Source: Spirochaetia bacterium (GTDB lineage: Bacteria > Spirochaetota > Spirochaetia > SZUA-6 > Bin103). Taken from it: a stretch of 64,000 bases of DNA. Position 1 is the stretch's first letter, and every line of letters begins with the position of its first letter. Below are positions 19,152-29,324 of this stretch, piece after piece. The notes beneath the pieces are model-generated. The model saw nothing but the letters and a program-made list of their open reading frames with translations. It was not told the origin of the DNA and ran no database searches. The position numbers and the translations under genes were made by a program. The DNA lies in contig OZ241907.1 in assembly GCA_965203515.1 (NCBI GenBank), forward strand, positions 1,856,001 to 1,920,000, given 5' to 3'.

Positions 19152-20705
19152 CTATACCGCGTAGGCGAACACCTTGGCCTGGAACAGGCGCAGGCGGATG
19201 CCGACCATCTCCCCGACCGGCGAGATGTCGCTGCGGCCGTTCCAGGTGACCACCGCGTCTTCGACGTCGCCGGTGAGCCGGCCGCAGTCGGCGAACGTGA
19301 ATCCGGCAACCGGCTCCACGTCGGCGTGGATGCGCGACGGCACCGCGTACAACAGCTCGACCGAAACCCAGCCGCCCGGCCGGCAGCGGTAGTTGAGCCG
19401 CAGATCGCCGCGCGTGCGGTACACGGTCGGGATCGTGAAGCGGCCCTCGACCGCCGCCTCCACCCCGCACAGGCGGTGCGGGCGCCACGACGCCCAGCGC
19501 AGCTCGGCCGGCAGCGCGCCGGCGGGCCGGCCGGCGTTGTGCAGCCACGATGAGCCGCCGTAGAGCGATCCCCAGGAGCCGTCGGACAACTCGATCAGCC
19601 CGCTGCCCCATGAGTACGCCATGCCGCTGTCGCCTTCGCCCGGCGCGCCGACCGGGATGATCGGGCGCCGCTCGGGCCGGTGCCAGAACAGGCCGTCGCG
19701 GCTGAAGGCGATCTGGCTGTCCACGTGGTCGGTCGCCTGGTGGTAGACCTGGATCAGCATGCCGTGCATGTCGTCCCGGCCGGGGTAGGGGAAGTAGTCG
19801 CAGCCGTAGAAGGAGACGTCCAGATCGTCCTGGCCGTCCGGCGCCAGGATCAGCTTGGGCGGCGGCCACGAGCGGAAGTCGCGGGTGCGGGTCAGGCCGA
19901 TGGCGCGCCGCACCACGCCGACCTCGGCGGACCCGGCGCCGATCCCCGGCGCCGCGCCGGCCGGCAGCTCCATGCCGTGCACGCGGCAGTAGGCAAAGTA
20001 GTGTCCGGTGGCCGCGTCGTAGCCCGCGGACAGGCCGCCGTCCATGGGAAACGGCGCGATCGGTTCGCGGAGCGCCCGCCACCGCCGGCGATCGGGAGAT
20101 GTCCAGCCGATGGCGACGCCGCGCAACTCGACCCGCGGGCCGCGATACGCCGGCCCCTGGTACTCCTGCGCCTCCCAGCGGCGGACCGCCTCCTCGTTGG
20201 CGCCTTCCTCGCCGCCCGAATCCATGCGCGCGCCGGTGTCGGGGTCGTACCAGCCGCCCTCGCAGCCCATCCCCTTGTACCGCTCGCCCGGCGGCGCGGT
20301 CGGATCCTCGAACACCGCCTTGAGCCGGTCGCCGCCCCGCTCGGTCACCGCCGCGACCTGCCGCCAGCGATGACCGTCGTCGCTGCGGACCAGGACGATG
20401 CTGCCGTTCGCGTCGTGCAGCAGGTGCAGCGCGCCGTCCTCGCGCCACGCGCGGACCGGTTTCAGGTGATCCTCGCCCGCCGCTCCGTCGATCGCGAGCG
20501 GAGCGCTCTTGGCCGCCCGCTCGACGCGCAGGCGCACCCCGACCGGCGCGTCGTACAACTCGAACGCGCCGGCCCGGTTCACGCTCCGGTTGCCGGTATG
20601 TATCTCCCGGGTGTCGGCGATCGGCGTCCAGCCGCCCGGGTTGGGCCGGGGGCGCACCCAGTCGCCGGGGTAGTAGCCCCCGCGGGGGCGTCGTGTGCGA
20701 TCCAT
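19152..20705 (-). CDS. Hypothetical protein, predicted beta-propeller glycoside-hydrolase-like (paralog of 35111-36682)
   Basis: VFEDP..PPGERYK, WTSPD, TRTRDF, QIAFSRDG..W.RP, C-terminal RLRLFQAKVFAY; clear paralogy within window. Confidence 0.7.
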   Translation of the reverse strand: MDRTRRPRGGYYPGDWVRPRPNPGGWTPIADTREIHTGNRSVNRAGAFELYDAPVGVRLRVERAAKSAPLAIDGAAGEDHLKPVRAWREDGALHLLHDANGSIVLVRSDDGHRWRQVAAVTERGGDRLKAVFEDPTAPPGERYKGMGCEGGWYDPDTGARMDSGGEEGANEEAVRRWEAQEYQGPAYRGPRVELRGVAIGWTSPDRRRWRALREPIAPFPMDGGLSAGYDAATGHYFAYCRVHGMELPAGAAPGIGAGSAEVGVVRRAIGLTRTRDFRSWPPPKLILAPDGQDDLDVSFYGCDYFPYPGRDDMHGMLIQVYHQATDHVDSQIAFSRDGLFWHRPERRPIIPVGAPGEGDSGMAYSWGSGLIELSDGSWGSLYGGSSWLHNAGRPAGALPAELRWASWRPHRLCGVEAAVEGRFTIPTVYRTRGDLRLNYRCRPGGWVSVELLYAVPSRIHADVEPVAGFTFADCGRLTGDVEDAVVTWNGRSDISPVGEMVGIRLRLFQAKVFAYAV

Positions 20706-20821
20706 GCCGCGAGCTTAGCCGATCGCCCGGCCCGGCGGCGTCTTGACGCGGGCGCGGCGTTCTGTGGAAGATCGGAGCCGACGTCGGGGAGTCCCGCGAC
20801 GCACCCGACCCAGGAGGAACC

Positions 20822-22702
20822 ATGAAGAGACTCATCGGGCTGATCGCGGGCTTCGCCATCGGCGCGGGCGCGTACGCCCAGTACGTCGAAGCTCCCTGGT
20901 TCGCGGAGCGGGTGGCGCGCGGCGAGCTGCCGCCGATCGAGGAGCGGCTCCCGGTCGAGCCTCTGGTGCTGGCGCCGGACCTCGGGTACGCCTTCCCGGC
21001 CGGAGGACGGCACACCGAAGGGTCGTACGATCGCAGTACCGTCGACATCCCCAACGTCCAGGGGCTGACCAGTACGCCGTTCAGCGTGCACCGGTTCGAG
21101 ACCCGGCTGCTGCCGTGGGCCTGGAAGGATTGGGAAGGCTCCGACGACCACATGACCTGGACGTTCTACCTGCGCGAAGGCATGAAGTGGTCCGACGGCG
21201 ACGACTACACGGCCGACGACATCCTGTTCTGGTTCGAGAACGTGCAGGGCGACAGCGGCGCCGCGTTGCAGTACCGGGAAGCGGGCGCCCTGAACCGGAA
21301 CGCCGTGGCGGACGCCACCGAACGCCTGGAGAAGGTCGACGACTACACGCTGCGCTTCCACCTCAAGGCGCCGGACCCGCGCTTCGAGTGGCTGGTCGGA
21401 CAGCGCTCGGAACGCGAGCTGCTGAACGTCGACTCCCACTACCTGCCGCAGTTCCATCCGGCGGGCGGCGACGCCGCGGCGCTGGCCGCCAAGGTCGCGG
21501 CCGGCGAGCTCGACACGTGGATGCAACTCTTCGAAGACCGGCGCGACCGCATGGGCAATACCAACCCCGACAAGCCGCATCTGATGCCGTGGGGTCCGTT
21601 GAACCCGCCGCCGGCCATCCCGGCGGTCTTCACCGCCAACCCGTACAACTGGGCGGTCGACGACCGCGGCCAGCAGCTCCCCTATCTGGAGACGCAGCGC
21701 TACTTCCTGGTCTCCGACGGCGAGGCGCAGAAGCTCCGCCTGCTGTCCGGCGCCGACAGTTGGGGGATCATCCAGACCCTGGAGTCCCTGCCGCTGGCCA
21801 AGCGGGCGCAGGAAGACGGCAAGATCATGTTCCAGCTCACCCCAAGGGGCGACGCCTACAAGTCGACGGTGACGCTCTTCAACATGAACGCGCAGGAGGA
21901 GTGGAAGCGGGAGTTGTTCCGCGACGTGCGCTTCCGCACCGCGTACTCGCTGTTCATCCCGCGGCGCAAGATCGCCGACATCATGTATGCCGGCGCGCCG
22001 TTGCCGACGCTGGGCGGCTTCATGTACGAGACCGACCATCCGTGGTACGAGCCGGCGCTGGGCGAGTCGCCGCTGATCGAACGCGACCTGGACCGCGCCA
22101 ACGCGCTGCTGGACGAGCTGCTGCCGAACAAGGACGCCGACGGCTTCCGCCTCGGACCCGACGGCAGCCCGGTCACCTTCTTCCTGGCGACCGTCACCCA
22201 CGAGGAGTGGGAGCAGGCCGCCAACATCATCATGGAGGACCTGCACCTGATCGGCTTCAAGGCCAACCACCGCGCCACCGCGTGGGGCGGCTGGGGCGCC
22301 TTCGTCCAATCGATGGAGTGGGACGTCATCGTCGACCAGAGCACCGAGGGCTGGAAGAGCCAGCTCCCCGAGCGGCAGTCGCTGATCGTTCCCACCGGAC
22401 GCTTCGGACCCAACTGGGGCTACCTGTGGTGGCAGTGGCTTGACACCGACGGCCAGAAGGGCGAGGAACCGCCGCAGGAGATCAAGGACAACTGGGACCT
22501 CTACCACCGGATGCTCCGGGAGGCGGACGACGACCGGCTGACCGAGCTGACGCACGAGTGGTACCGCCGCCAGGCGGAGCAGGTCTGGACGCTTCCGCAC
22601 CTCACCTTCCCGCCCGAGTTCGACGTGTGGCAGCCCGACTTCAAGGGCGTCCACCCCAGGACCGGCCGGCCGTTCGAGTTCGGCGGCATGTGGTACGAGT
22701 AG
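20822..22702 (+). CDS. ABC transporter substrate-binding protein, family 5
   Basis: AGGAGG RBS, signal peptide, GELPPIEERLP, REGMKWSDG, QQLPY, DGFRLGPDG. Confidence 0.93.
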   Translation: MKRLIGLIAGFAIGAGAYAQYVEAPWFAERVARGELPPIEERLPVEPLVLAPDLGYAFPAGGRHTEGSYDRSTVDIPNVQGLTSTPFSVHRFETRLLPWAWKDWEGSDDHMTWTFYLREGMKWSDGDDYTADDILFWFENVQGDSGAALQYREAGALNRNAVADATERLEKVDDYTLRFHLKAPDPRFEWLVGQRSERELLNVDSHYLPQFHPAGGDAAALAAKVAAGELDTWMQLFEDRRDRMGNTNPDKPHLMPWGPLNPPPAIPAVFTANPYNWAVDDRGQQLPYLETQRYFLVSDGEAQKLRLLSGADSWGIIQTLESLPLAKRAQEDGKIMFQLTPRGDAYKSTVTLFNMNAQEEWKRELFRDVRFRTAYSLFIPRRKIADIMYAGAPLPTLGGFMYETDHPWYEPALGESPLIERDLDRANALLDELLPNKDADGFRLGPDGSPVTFFLATVTHEEWEQAANIIMEDLHLIGFKANHRATAWGGWGAFVQSMEWDVIVDQSTEGWKSQLPERQSLIVPTGRFGPNWGYLWWQWLDTDGQKGEEPPQEIKDNWDLYHRMLREADDDRLTELTHEWYRRQAEQVWTLPHLTFPPEFDVWQPDFKGVHPRTGRPFEFGGMWYE

Positions 22703-22724
22703 CCGGCGCTGACCGTGCACACGA

Positions 22725-22756
22725 GGAGGGCATCCCGCGCCGCCGGGATGCCCTCC
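22725..22756 (+). terminator. 13-bp stem-loop downstream of SBP gene
   Basis: GGAGGGCATCCCG-cgccgc-CGGGATGCCCTCC; no U-tract. Confidence 0.65.
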
Positions 22757-22767
22757 ATGCTATCGGT

Positions 22768-23715
22768 ATGGTATCGGCGAAATACGTCGCCGGGTACCTG
22801 CGGCGACCGCATCGCATTGCGAACGATCGTATCGACCAGGAACTGCACGCCCGCTTCGACGTGTACGCCGATCGTCGAAGCGGCGATCTGTTTGCCCGCG
22901 GAGAGCGCCTCGAATGCTATGCCATGACGCCGGCGGGATGCGCCGAGCCGACACCGGTTCACGTCTGGATCGAGGACGAGTTCCTGGTCGACGAGCGGTC
23001 TGCGGACGGCGAACCGGCGCTGCTTGCGAAGATCGCGGCCAACGTCGCGCGCCACGAACGATTGGAGGAACGAGCGGTCGGCGTACTCATACCGGCGAAG
23101 CTCGAAACGCAATACCGGTTGGATGGGACGGGTGGAGCCGGCGGTCCGCTGCGCCTCAGGATCGAGTTGTATCGTGATCTTTCGAATGGAGAGCTGTTTG
23201 CCACCGCCGAACGGAGAGCGTGGTACGAAGTCCGCCGCTTTGGCTGCGGAAGGCTGGAACACGTCGCCTTTTGGGCGCGAGACGACGCGGCGTGCGCCGT
23301 GATCGACAGCATCGCATGCGCCGACTGCGGAGACTTCATGGCGGAAGCGCAGGCACGGATCGCCCGCAGTCTTCGGCTCGACCGCGTAGCCTGCAGCAGA
23401 CGGGATCATCGCTATCTCTTGGCTCCGTTGGAGATCGACAAGGTCGGCATCGACGATGATGTCGATCACCTGGACGTCGGCGTCGACCTGATGACCGAAC
23501 CGACCACGGGCCGAGTCCGGGCCGAAGCGAAGGAGCGCGCGGTCTTCGAGCTGCAGCCGGTCGACTACGACGGTACCGCGCATGAGAGCGTCCTGGTCGA
23601 TGATGCGGTCACCGGCGCCATGCTTCGGCACGTCAGCGCCGCGGACCCGGATGCCCTTGCGGAGGCTGCGGCGGCGGCGATCGCCGGCCGCTATCACGAG
23701 CTGCGCGAGCGATGA
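22768..23715 (+). CDS. Hypothetical protein with three internal ~100-aa repeats
   Basis: 315-aa ORF whose stop overlaps the pcm start (ATGA); repeats visible in translation. Confidence 0.65.
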   Translation: MVSAKYVAGYLRRPHRIANDRIDQELHARFDVYADRRSGDLFARGERLECYAMTPAGCAEPTPVHVWIEDEFLVDERSADGEPALLAKIAANVARHERLEERAVGVLIPAKLETQYRLDGTGGAGGPLRLRIELYRDLSNGELFATAERRAWYEVRRFGCGRLEHVAFWARDDAACAVIDSIACADCGDFMAEAQARIARSLRLDRVACSRRDHRYLLAPLEIDKVGIDDDVDHLDVGVDLMTEPTTGRVRAEAKERAVFELQPVDYDGTAHESVLVDDAVTGAMLRHVSAADPDALAEAAAAAIAGRYHELRER

Positions 23716-24482
23716 GCCGCCGGTGCGGTCTTGCGTGGACGGTGCGGGCGCGGCGGCGGATCGCGTGCGCCGCCGCACTGTTGGTCCTGCCGGTGGCGCT
23801 GCCGGCGCAGGAACGGCAGCCGGCGCAGGAACGGCAGCCGGCGCAGGAACGGCAGCATGAGCGGGACGCCATGGTCGACCGCCAGATCGCCGCGCGCGGG
23901 GTGAGCGACGATCGCGTGCTGCAGGCCATGCGCATCGTGCCGCGCCATCGGTTCGTGCCGGAGCGTCTGGCGCGCTCGGCCTACGCGGACAATCCGCTGC
24001 CGATCGGCGAGGGGCAGACGATCTCCCAACCCTATATCGTCGCGCTGATGACCGAGACGCTGGGAGTCGAGGAGGATGACCGCGTGCTGGAGATCGGCAC
24101 CGGGTCGGCCTATCAGGCGGCGGTGCTGGCGGAGCTGGCGGCGGAGGTCTACTCGATCGAGATCCGCGGGCCGCTGGCGGAATCGGCGGCGGCGCTGCTC
24201 CGTGAGTTGGAATACGCCAACGTGCGCACGCGTCATGCCGACGGCTACTACGGCTGGCCGGAGGCGGCGCCCTTCGACCACATCATGATCACGGCCGCGG
24301 TCGATCACGTGCCGCCGCCGCTGCTGGAACAGCTCGCGGACGGCGGCCGGCTGGTCCTGCCGCTCGGCAATCCGTTCGCTCATCAGAGCCTGGTGGTGGT
24401 CACCAGGACCGGGGACGGCTTCCGCCTGCGCGAGATACTGGGCGTGCTGTTCGTGCCGATGACCGGCGCCGCCCTCCGATAG
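23712..24482 (+). CDS. pcm: Protein-L-isoaspartate O-methyltransferase with N-terminal signal-like peptide
   Basis: [45 protein letters not shown]. Confidence 0.95.
   Translation: MSRRCGLAWTVRARRRIACAAALLVLPVALPAQERQPAQERQPAQERQHERDAMVDRQIAARGVSDDRVLQAMRIVPRHRFVPERLARSAYADNPLPIGEGQTISQPYIVALMTETLGVEEDDRVLEIGTGSAYQAAVLAELAAEVYSIEIRGPLAESAAALLRELEYANVRTRHADGYYGWPEAAPFDHIMITAAVDHVPPPLLEQLADGGRLVLPLGNPFAHQSLVVVTRTGDGFRLREILGVLFVPMTGAALR
23801..23856 (+). repeat. 18-bp tandem repeat x3 (PAQERQ) in the pcm linker
   Basis: gccggcgcaggaacggca three times. Confidence 0.95.
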
Positions 24483-26920
24483 AGTCGCCCCTGACCCTGC
24501 TGATCGCGGCCGCGGTCGCCTCGTTCGCCGCCCTCGCCTATGAGGCGCTTCTGGTCCGGTTCTTCTCGCTGTCGCAATGGAACCACCTGACGTTCCTGGT
24601 CCTGGGCGTCGCGCTGCTCGGCTTCTCGGCCTCGGGAGCGGCGCTGGCCGTGTTGGTGACCCGCCGGCCGCAGGCGCCCGCAGCGCTGCGCCGACCCGCC
24701 GGCGCCGCGCTGCTGCTGGCCTGCCTGGCGCTGGCGGTGATCGGGTCGTTCGCCGCGGCCCGCGCCATGGAGCTCGACTACTTCCGCATCCCTCTGGAGC
24801 TGGGCCAGCTTGCGCTGCTGGCGGCGTCGTTCCTGATCCTGTCGGCGCCGTTCGCGGTCGCCGGCATGATCACGGCGCTCGCATACGCGGCGCCGGGCAT
24901 CCCGGCCGCGCGCGTCTACGTGGCGGCGATGGTCGGCTCGGGGCTGGGCGCCGCCGCGCCGGTCGGCCTGCTGCCGGCGTTCGGCATTGCCGGAGCGGTC
25001 GCGGCGATCGCCGCGGCCCCGGCGGTCCTTGGGGTGGTCCTTGGGGTGATCTCGGCGGCGACCGCGGCGCAGTCGGGGAGCGGCGGCCGTCCGGCCCGCG
25101 CCGGGGTGGCCGCCGGCGCCGCTGCTGCGGCGCTGACGATCGGCGCGCTGGCGACCGGCCTGATCGGAACGGCCGCGCCCTCCCCGTACAAGCTCGGCTA
25201 TCAGGCGCTGCAGTTCCCGGACACCGAAGCGGTCGAGCGCCGCACGACCATCCGCGGCCGCTACGAGCGCCTGCAGGGACCGGCGCTCCGCTTCGCGCCG
25301 GGGCTCAGCCTGCGCTGGACCGAGCGGGTTCCCCGTCAGGACGCGCTGCTGACCGACGGCGACGCATCGCTGTTCGTCCCCAGGGACGCCGATGCGCGCT
25401 ACGCCGGGGAGCTGCTCGGCTCGCTGGGCGCCGCGCTGGCGCCCGACGCCCGCAGCGCGCTGGTGCTGCAGGCGTCCGGCGGCAGCGCGCTGCCGATCGT
25501 CGCGCAGGCCGGCATCCCGCAGGTTACGGTGGTCGACCCGTCGGCGTGGCGGGCCGCCGCGGTGCGCGCCGCGGTCGCGGAGCTGGGTTGGGACGGGCGG
25601 GTTGCGGTGCGCCGCTCAGCGCTGCGCGGCTTCGCCGCGCGCGCCGCCGGGCGCTACGACCTGATCTACCTGGACCGGGCGGGCGCGTCGGTACCGGGCG
25701 TGGAGAGCCTGAGCCGCCAGTTCACGCTCACGGTCGATGCGCTGCGCGGCTACCTCGACCTGTTGGCGCCGGGCGGCGTGCTGATGCTGGGCGGCACGCT
25801 GTCGCTGCCGCCGTCGGCCAGCGTGCGCGCGGCGGCCACCGCCATGGAGGCGCTGGCCGGCCGGGCCGCGCAGCCGGAACGCCACTTGGCGATGCTCCGC
25901 TCGTTCGGGAACTTCGCGCTGGCGGTGTCGCGGGAACCGCTGTCGGACCGGCGGCGGGCAGCGGTGCGCTCGTTCGCGCGGGAGCGGAGCTTCGATCCGG
26001 TCTACCTGCACGATCTGGCGGCGGCGGAGGTGAATCGATTCGCCGTCCTGGTCGAGCCGCACTACGCCGGCGCGATCGGCGGTCTGATCGCCGCCTACCG
26101 GGCCGGCAGCGCCGGCGACTGGTTCCGCGCGCAGGCGCTCGACCTGGCGCCGCGCGGCGATGCCCGCCCGTTCTTCAGTCACACGCTGCGGTGGCGGCGG
26201 ATCGGCCAACTGGCCGCGGCGCTCGGCGGCCGCTGGTTCGGGTTCCTGCTGTCGGCCGAGGTGGTGGTGGCGGCGGTGATCGGCATCGCCGCGGCGGCCG
26301 CCGCGCTGCTGCTGGCCCTGCCGGCCGCGGCGGGCGGCGGCCGACTGCGGCCGGGCGTGTTCGCGTACTTCCTGGCGGTCGGCGCCGGCTACATCTGGGC
26401 GGAGCTGGCGCTGATCGACCTCTTCACGCTGCTGGTCGGCGATCCGGTGATCGCGGTCGTGGTGGTGCTGTCGGCCATGCTGACGCTGTCAGGGTTGGGC
26501 GGGCTGGCGTCGAGCCGCATCGCGGTCGAGCGCCTGCCGGTCGGGCTGCTCCTGATCGGCGCGTTGCTGGCGGCCGCGGCGCTGGCGGCGTTCCCGCTGG
26601 TCCGCTGGCTGCTGGCGCTGCCGGCGGTGATCCGGGTGGTCGGCGCGGCGCTACTGCTGGCGGTGGTGGCCGTGCCGCTGGGCCTGCCGTTTCCGGCCGG
26701 CATGCGGCTGCTGGCGCCGCGGCCGTATGCGACGGCGCGGGCGTGGGCAGCCAACGGCGCGGCGTCGGTGGTCGGCGCGGCGTTGGCGCCGCAGCTCGCC
26801 TGGGACCTCGGCATACCCGCGATCGGCGCGCTGGCCGCCGCGGTCTACGCCGGCGCCGCCCTGGCCGCGCGGGCCGCCACCCTGGGCCGCGCGGCGGATC
26901 GCGATCAGCCGGTCATGTAG
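24479..26920 (+). CDS. Multi-TM membrane protein with spermidine-synthase-like SAM-fold domain
   Basis: N-terminal [33 protein letters not shown] lies upstream of the first canonical start (24650); [38 protein letters not shown]. Confidence 0.75.
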   Translation: MESPLTLLIAAAVASFAALAYEALLVRFFSLSQWNHLTFLVLGVALLGFSASGAALAVLVTRRPQAPAALRRPAGAALLLACLALAVIGSFAAARAMELDYFRIPLELGQLALLAASFLILSAPFAVAGMITALAYAAPGIPAARVYVAAMVGSGLGAAAPVGLLPAFGIAGAVAAIAAAPAVLGVVLGVISAATAAQSGSGGRPARAGVAAGAAAAALTIGALATGLIGTAAPSPYKLGYQALQFPDTEAVERRTTIRGRYERLQGPALRFAPGLSLRWTERVPRQDALLTDGDASLFVPRDADARYAGELLGSLGAALAPDARSALVLQASGGSALPIVAQAGIPQVTVVDPSAWRAAAVRAAVAELGWDGRVAVRRSALRGFAARAAGRYDLIYLDRAGASVPGVESLSRQFTLTVDALRGYLDLLAPGGVLMLGGTLSLPPSASVRAAATAMEALAGRAAQPERHLAMLRSFGNFALAVSREPLSDRRRAAVRSFARERSFDPVYLHDLAAAEVNRFAVLVEPHYAGAIGGLIAAYRAGSAGDWFRAQALDLAPRGDARPFFSHTLRWRRIGQLAAALGGRWFGFLLSAEVVVAAVIGIAAAAAALLLALPAAAGGGRLRPGVFAYFLAVGAGYIWAELALIDLFTLLVGDPVIAVVVVLSAMLTLSGLGGLASSRIAVERLPVGLLLIGALLAAAALAAFPLVRWLLALPAVIRVVGAALLLAVVAVPLGLPFPAGMRLLAPRPYATARAWAANGAASVVGAALAPQLAWDLGIPAIGALAAAVYAGAALAARAATLGRAADRDQPVM

Positions 26921-27318
26921 TTGATCATCCAGTTGACGCCGAACTTGTCGGTGCAGGAGCCGAAGTAGGCGCCCCAGAACTGGTCCTGCATCGGCATCGT
27001 CACCTGGCCGCCGTCGGACAGCTTGGCGAACAGCGCGTCCGCCTCTTCCTTGCTGTCCGGGGCGATCGAAAGCGAGAAGTTGTTGCCGGTCGTGAGCGGC
27101 GGGCCGAACGAGGAGCTGTCGCTCCCCATCAGCACGCCGGAGCCGATCGGCAGCGACACGTGCATGATCAGGTCCCGCTCCGCATCCGGCATCTCCGTGC
27201 CGGCCGGCGCTTCGCCGAAGGTCTGCATGTCCGTGAACTCGCCGCCGAATACGGAACGGTAGAACTCGAACGCCTGACGGCAGTTGTGCGGAAAGGTGAG
27301 ATAGGTGTTGAGGTGCAT
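26905..27318 (-). CDS. VOC/PhnB-family (glyoxalase-like) protein
   Basis: YLTF..NCRQAFEFYRSVFGG, IMHVSL, LMGSD, QFWGAYFG.CTDKFGVNW. Confidence 0.92.
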   Translation of the reverse strand: MHLNTYLTFPHNCRQAFEFYRSVFGGEFTDMQTFGEAPAGTEMPDAERDLIMHVSLPIGSGVLMGSDSSSFGPPLTTGNNFSLSIAPDSKEEADALFAKLSDGGQVTMPMQDQFWGAYFGSCTDKFGVNWMINYMTG

Positions 27319-27326
27319 CGCCTCGA

Positions 27327-27355
27327 ACTATAGGGCCGCCGCCCGCCGCCGCCAA
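27327..27355 (-). promoter_or_regulatory. Putative sigma70 promoter of the VOC gene
   Basis: Minus strand TTGGCG-N17-TATAGT, 8 nt before the ATG. Confidence 0.55.
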
Positions 27356-27377
27356 GCGGCGGGCGTCGAAAGACCGC

Positions 27378-28337
27378 CTATCCCTCCTTCGCCAGTACGA
27401 AGTAGTGCCCGGGGTTCCACGCCTGGCAGATCAGGAAGACCTGTCCGTCCCGCTCGTACCAGACGGCGTTGTGGATGTGGTCGGCCAGCTCCACGCCCAG
27501 CTCCTCCTTGGGCCGGATCGTCGAAACCACCTCGTAGGTGTGGCCGTCCAGGACGTAGATCGGCGCCGGCCGCCCCTCCTGCGGATCGTCCAGGCTGCCC
27601 ACCACCGCATACCAGCCGTCGCCATGCCGCTTGAAGTCGATGCCGCACGGCTTGGAGCCGTCCGGGATCGGGTGAGAGGCGTGGAAGTGGCCGTCGAGCC
27701 CCAGGAGCTGGAAGCGGGCGTGCGGCCGGTCGGCGATCGACAGGCGGCCTCCGCCGGGGGCCGGATTGAGGCCGTGCGCGGTCCCGAACAGCCCCGGCGC
27801 GTGCGGGTCTTCGGTCTTGCCGCCGAAGATGCCGGTGTAGCGGCGCGCCGCCGGATCGACCGACGAGATGTAGTTGGCGCCGTAGCCGTCCGACACGTAC
27901 AGCGTGCCGTCCGCAAAGGCGGTGTCGGTCGGTTTGAACGCGACCTGCTCGTCCCGGTACTCCTCGAACTCCGGCCGCGGCAGGATGAAGTCGACGGCGC
28001 CGTCGAGTCCCACCACGGCGACCTTGGCGTCGTTGTTGGCCGGCAGCACCAGCCGGCGCTTGCCGTCGAACTCGATGATCTTGGTGCTGTGGAAGTTGAT
28101 CGGCGTGAGATCGGAAGGGAGCTCGATGATCTCCTGCGCGGTCAGATCGGCGCTGATGCGCATGATGCCGCAGCCCGGCATCCCGTAGTAGAGGTAGCCG
28201 CTGGCCGCCGTGTCGTCGGCGAAGCCGCCGTGCAGATCGACCTCGTGCGGCCGTGCCCGCTCCGGCAGGGTGTACAGATCGTCGCAGAGTGAGAACCGGA
28301 ACGGCTCCCGGCCGCTGGTCTTCTTCGCCTTCGCCAT
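27378..28337 (-). CDS. NHL-repeat-like beta-propeller protein
   Basis: FKPTDTA, LYVSDGYGANYI, FGTAHG, IADR; AAGGAG RBS before MAKAKK. Confidence 0.75.
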   Translation of the reverse strand: MAKAKKTSGREPFRFSLCDDLYTLPERARPHEVDLHGGFADDTAASGYLYYGMPGCGIMRISADLTAQEIIELPSDLTPINFHSTKIIEFDGKRRLVLPANNDAKVAVVGLDGAVDFILPRPEFEEYRDEQVAFKPTDTAFADGTLYVSDGYGANYISSVDPAARRYTGIFGGKTEDPHAPGLFGTAHGLNPAPGGGRLSIADRPHARFQLLGLDGHFHASHPIPDGSKPCGIDFKRHGDGWYAVVGSLDDPQEGRPAPIYVLDGHTYEVVSTIRPKEELGVELADHIHNAVWYERDGQVFLICQAWNPGHYFVLAKEG

Positions 28338-28457
28338 GGTCGTCTCCTTCCGTGCGTGTGGGGGTCGCCTCCCAAGCCTACACCACCACCGGCCAGCGCC
28401 GACAGCGCGGCACGGCCGCGCGTTGACGCGGGCGGTCCTGCGGCCCACCATCGGCGC

Positions 28458-29324
28458 GTGGTTACGGCGCGCGACGTCTATTTCTTCGACCTGTGGGGCT
28501 ACCTGCATCTGCGCGGCGCGCTCACCGCGGCGGAGGTGCGGGCCTGCAACGACTGCCTGGACGCGATCCCGCCGCTGGCGGTTGGCGACTGGCACGGCTA
28601 CGTGCACGGCCATACCTTCGGCGATCACGACGGCCTCAACTACCAGCAGATCTACGAGGCCGGCCGGCCGTTCGAGGAGTTGATCGACCATCCCGCGTGG
28701 TTCGACAAGGCGCGCCACTTCGTCGGCGCGGAGGGGACCTTCGACGAGCAGCACGGACCGTTGCTGATCGACGAGGCGTTCGCCAACGTCCGCACCGCCG
28801 GCGAGAGCATCGGCCTGCACAACGGCGGCCACCTGGGCCTGAGCCGGTGTCAGTTCCGCTACCACGCCGGCCGGTTCCACTGCAATCAGATCAACGTGTT
28901 GGTCGCCCTCACCGCCATCGGGCCGGGGGACGGCGGCACGGTGCTGATTCCCGGCTCGCACAAATCCAACTTCGAGCATCCCTCCTTCGAGCGCTTCCGG
29001 ATGGGCGTCGACCGCCCCGATCCGGCGCGGATCGAGGGAGCCGTGGAGGTTCACATGGACGCAGGTGACGCCCTGCTGTTCGTCGACTGCTGCACGCACG
29101 GATCGTCCCGGAGGACCAACGACGGCGCGCGGCGCGTGGTGGTCTATCGCTATGGACCGTCGTGGGGGCGGCTCCGCCACGCGTACCGACCATCGCCGGA
29201 GCTGCTCGCCCGGCTGACCCCGCGCCGGCGCGGGATCGTCGCGCCGGCTTCCGACCGGCGGCTGGCGCCGGAGCCAGGCCCGCAATCGCCGGCGCGTCCG
29301 CAATCGCAGGCGGCGGCGACGTGA
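28458..29324 (+). CDS. PhyH-family Fe(II)/2-oxoglutarate oxygenase with HxG motif
   Basis: YFFDLWGYL, LHNGG, DGGTVLIPGSHK, AGDALLF...THGS..R; start GTG 28458. Confidence 0.88.
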   Translation: MVTARDVYFFDLWGYLHLRGALTAAEVRACNDCLDAIPPLAVGDWHGYVHGHTFGDHDGLNYQQIYEAGRPFEELIDHPAWFDKARHFVGAEGTFDEQHGPLLIDEAFANVRTAGESIGLHNGGHLGLSRCQFRYHAGRFHCNQINVLVALTAIGPGDGGTVLIPGSHKSNFEHPSFERFRMGVDRPDPARIEGAVEVHMDAGDALLFVDCCTHGSSRRTNDGARRVVVYRYGPSWGRLRHAYRPSPELLARLTPRRRGIVAPASDRRLAPEPGPQSPARPQSQAAAT

